From positions 32,428,001 through 32,492,000 of the forward strand of contig OZ249440.1 in assembly GCA_965235115.1 (NCBI GenBank): a DNA stretch of 64,000 nt. The letters run 5' to 3'. The DNA comes from Laetmonice hystrix (lineage: Eukaryota). The translations under genes were made by a program, and so were the position numbers. Shown here in pieces: positions 61,901-64,000 of this stretch (the first letter of the stretch is position 1; each line of letters opens with the position of its first letter). The notes under the pieces were generated by a model, which saw nothing but the letters and a program-made list of their open reading frames with translations, made no database searches and was not told the origin of the DNA.

Positions 61901-62823
61901 GTTAGCTGGGATATTTTTATCAAGGGGGCAGGGGGGCATTGCCCGCCTTAAATTTTGACATTTTGAATTTGGGAGGCATATGTTGGAAAGAAAGGTCCAC
62001 AATTTTGGATGTTTTGTGAAATATCATGGACCTCTGCGCCATACACCAGAGAGAAAGGTCCATAACGTTGGATCATTTGCAAAATATCTAGACCTCTGAC
62101 CCAGTGGCTTACAAAAAAAGGTCCACAATTTTGGATCTTTTGTGTAATATCTGGAGGTCTAAACCACCCCCCTTAAAAAAAGGTCCAATTTTTTTTTAGA
62201 AAAGGTCCAAAATCTCAAATGTCCCCCTTGGAGATTTGATAAAAATATCCCGAATTGGGCGGTTTAGCGATCGTACAGAGAGACCCCCCTTAAGGAGTGC
62301 TACTTTGTGCAGCGCCTTTACGGACCACTACTTGCAACCTCTTTCTTATGCAACACTGATTTTAGTGCCTGCTAAATCTGTAATATGCAACACTTTCAAT
62401 CATTTTAACGATCCTTATCGGCCGGTTCTTGAATATGCAACGGGGCCCTGTCAACGGGGAATCCTCTTCAATGCACATGCACCATCACGTGTGCCATCGG
62501 CGTATTTAACAAGGGCCACCGTCCATCTTTCTATCTGCATACCAATGTTGATAACCAATGTTATTGCCTTCCTCCGTGCTTTCTTGGGCGAATCCATATA
62601 AACTGGACGTGGCCCAGGACGCTTGTGTTTGGATACCATGTCACTACCATTGGCGCACTGGTCCAAAATATAGACTCTGGCGTCTCTATCGACGCCAGAG
62701 TCCCATATCGGAGTCTGACTATTTCACCTTTTCTACATACGGGCCAGTGCATGATCATCATATCATCAGCTAGGCCTACGTTATACCTTGTCACCATATA
62801 CTTCTTCTGGGCCTTTAACTCAC

Positions 62824-62928
62824 CTGGAGGCTTCCCTTGGCGCAGTACAGGAACATGTAGCAGATATTGGGGATATCCATGCAAGCACCGATAAACGGAT
62901 TGATGTTTTCGTGGCTCATTTCTCGCAT
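62824..62928 (-). CDS. Receptor guanylyl cyclase exon (kinase-homology domain)
   Basis: ag|MREMSHENINPFIGACMDIPNICYMFLYCAKGSLQ|gtgagt, 105 bp, phase 0/0; not in the ORF track in this frame. Confidence 0.9.
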
Positions 62929-63082
62929 CTTCAAATGTAGAGGTTCAGATTAGATTAAGATAGCTGCATATTATTTGTGGAAAAAACTGTCAGTTATGCA
63001 AAAAGGCTATGCGACTGACAGTTATGCAATAAGGTTATGTGAATTGCGTGATCATGAAAGAAGGTTATAAAAGCGGGGGAAC

Positions 63083-64000
63083 CTCCCGTCACCTCTCCTC
63101 CCCTCCACGTCACCTCTCCTCCCCTCCCGTCACCCCTCCTCCCTCCCGTCACCCCTCCTCCCGTCCCGTCACCCCTCCTCCCGTCCCGTCACCTCTCCTC
63201 CCCTCCCGTCACCTCTCCTCCCCTCCACGTCACCTCTCCTCCCCTCCCGTCACCTCTCCTCCCCCCGTCACCTCTCCTCCCTCCCGTCACCTCTCCTCCC
63301 CTCCCGTCACCTCTCCTCCCCTCCCGTCACCTCTCCTCCCTCCCGTCACCTCTCCTCCCCTCCACGTCACCTCTCCTCCCCTCCACGTCACCTCTCCTCC
63401 CGTCCCGTCACCTGTCCTCCCCTCCCGTCACCTGTCCTCCCGTCCCGTCACCTCTCCTCCCGTCCCGTCACCTCTCCTCCCGTCCCGTCACCTCTCCTCC
63501 CGTCCCGTCACCTCTCCTCCCTCCCGTCACCTCTCCTCCCCTCCCGTCACCTCTCCTCCCCTCCCGTCACCTCTCCTCCCTCCCGTCACCTCTCCTCCCT
63601 CCCGTCACCTCTCCTCCCGTCCCGTCACCTCTCCTCCCGTCCCGTCACCTCTCCTCCCGTCCCGTCACCTCTCCTCCCTCCCGTCACCTCTCCTCCCTCC
63701 CGTCACCTCTCCTCCCCTCCGTCACCTCTCCTCCCCTCCCGTCACCTCTCCTCCCTCCCGTCACCTCTCCTCCCTCCCGTCACCTCTCCTCCCGTCCCGT
63801 CACCTCTCCTCCCTCCCGTCACCTCTCCTCCCCTCCACGTCACCTCTCCTCCCCTCCCGTCACCTCTCCTCCCTCCCGTCACCTCTTCTCCCCTCCCGTC
63901 ACCTCTCCTCCCTCCCGTCACCTCTCCTCCCGTCCCGTCACCTCTCCTCCCCTCCCGTCACCTCTCCTCCCCTCCCGTCACCTCTCCTCCCTCCCGTCAC
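63083..64000. repeat. 19-20 bp pyrimidine-rich minisatellite running off the window end
   Basis: (CCCGTCACCTCTCCTCCCCT)n, about 45 copies. Confidence 0.95.

Larger units (their letters stand above)
27747..62928 (-). other. Partial span of a receptor guanylyl cyclase gene (NPR/GC-like); 8 exons found, both ends not found in the window
   Basis: Eight GT-AG exons splice in frame to give pseudokinase, hinge and class III cyclase domains with intact [17 protein letters not shown] and [17 protein letters not shown] motifs. Confidence 0.92.

Overview
Eukaryotic (metazoan, probably marine invertebrate) genomic DNA. The one host gene I can support is a receptor-type (NPR/GC-like) guanylyl cyclase on the minus strand. 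Eight phase-compatible exons (62928 down to 27747) cover its kinase-homology, hinge and cyclase domains; the 5' exons and the last cyclase exons were not found in the window. Most of the rest is transposable elements, many deeply nested. Stack 1 (1-12800): I/Nimb LINE > Harbinger (intact transposase plus a split Myb/SANT partner gene) > Academ-like element > Helentron-type HINE > ISL2EU-like relic > MITEs. Stack 2 (32111-42483): P-like THAP element > Academ-like element > mariner foldback > a young non-autonomous LTR element. That LTR element has non-canonical TA...TA termini and carries an unrecognised ORF with a periodic TQT-like motif array; it is the best candidate for something undescribed. 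Also present: two full-length I/Nimb LINEs with TSDs, two SINEs, a solo LTR, a Sola2-like relic, and minisatellites built from the cyclase gene's own splice junctions. All coordinates and alignments were read by eye, and superfamily names come from recalled terminal/TSD rules and protein motifs, not from database searches.
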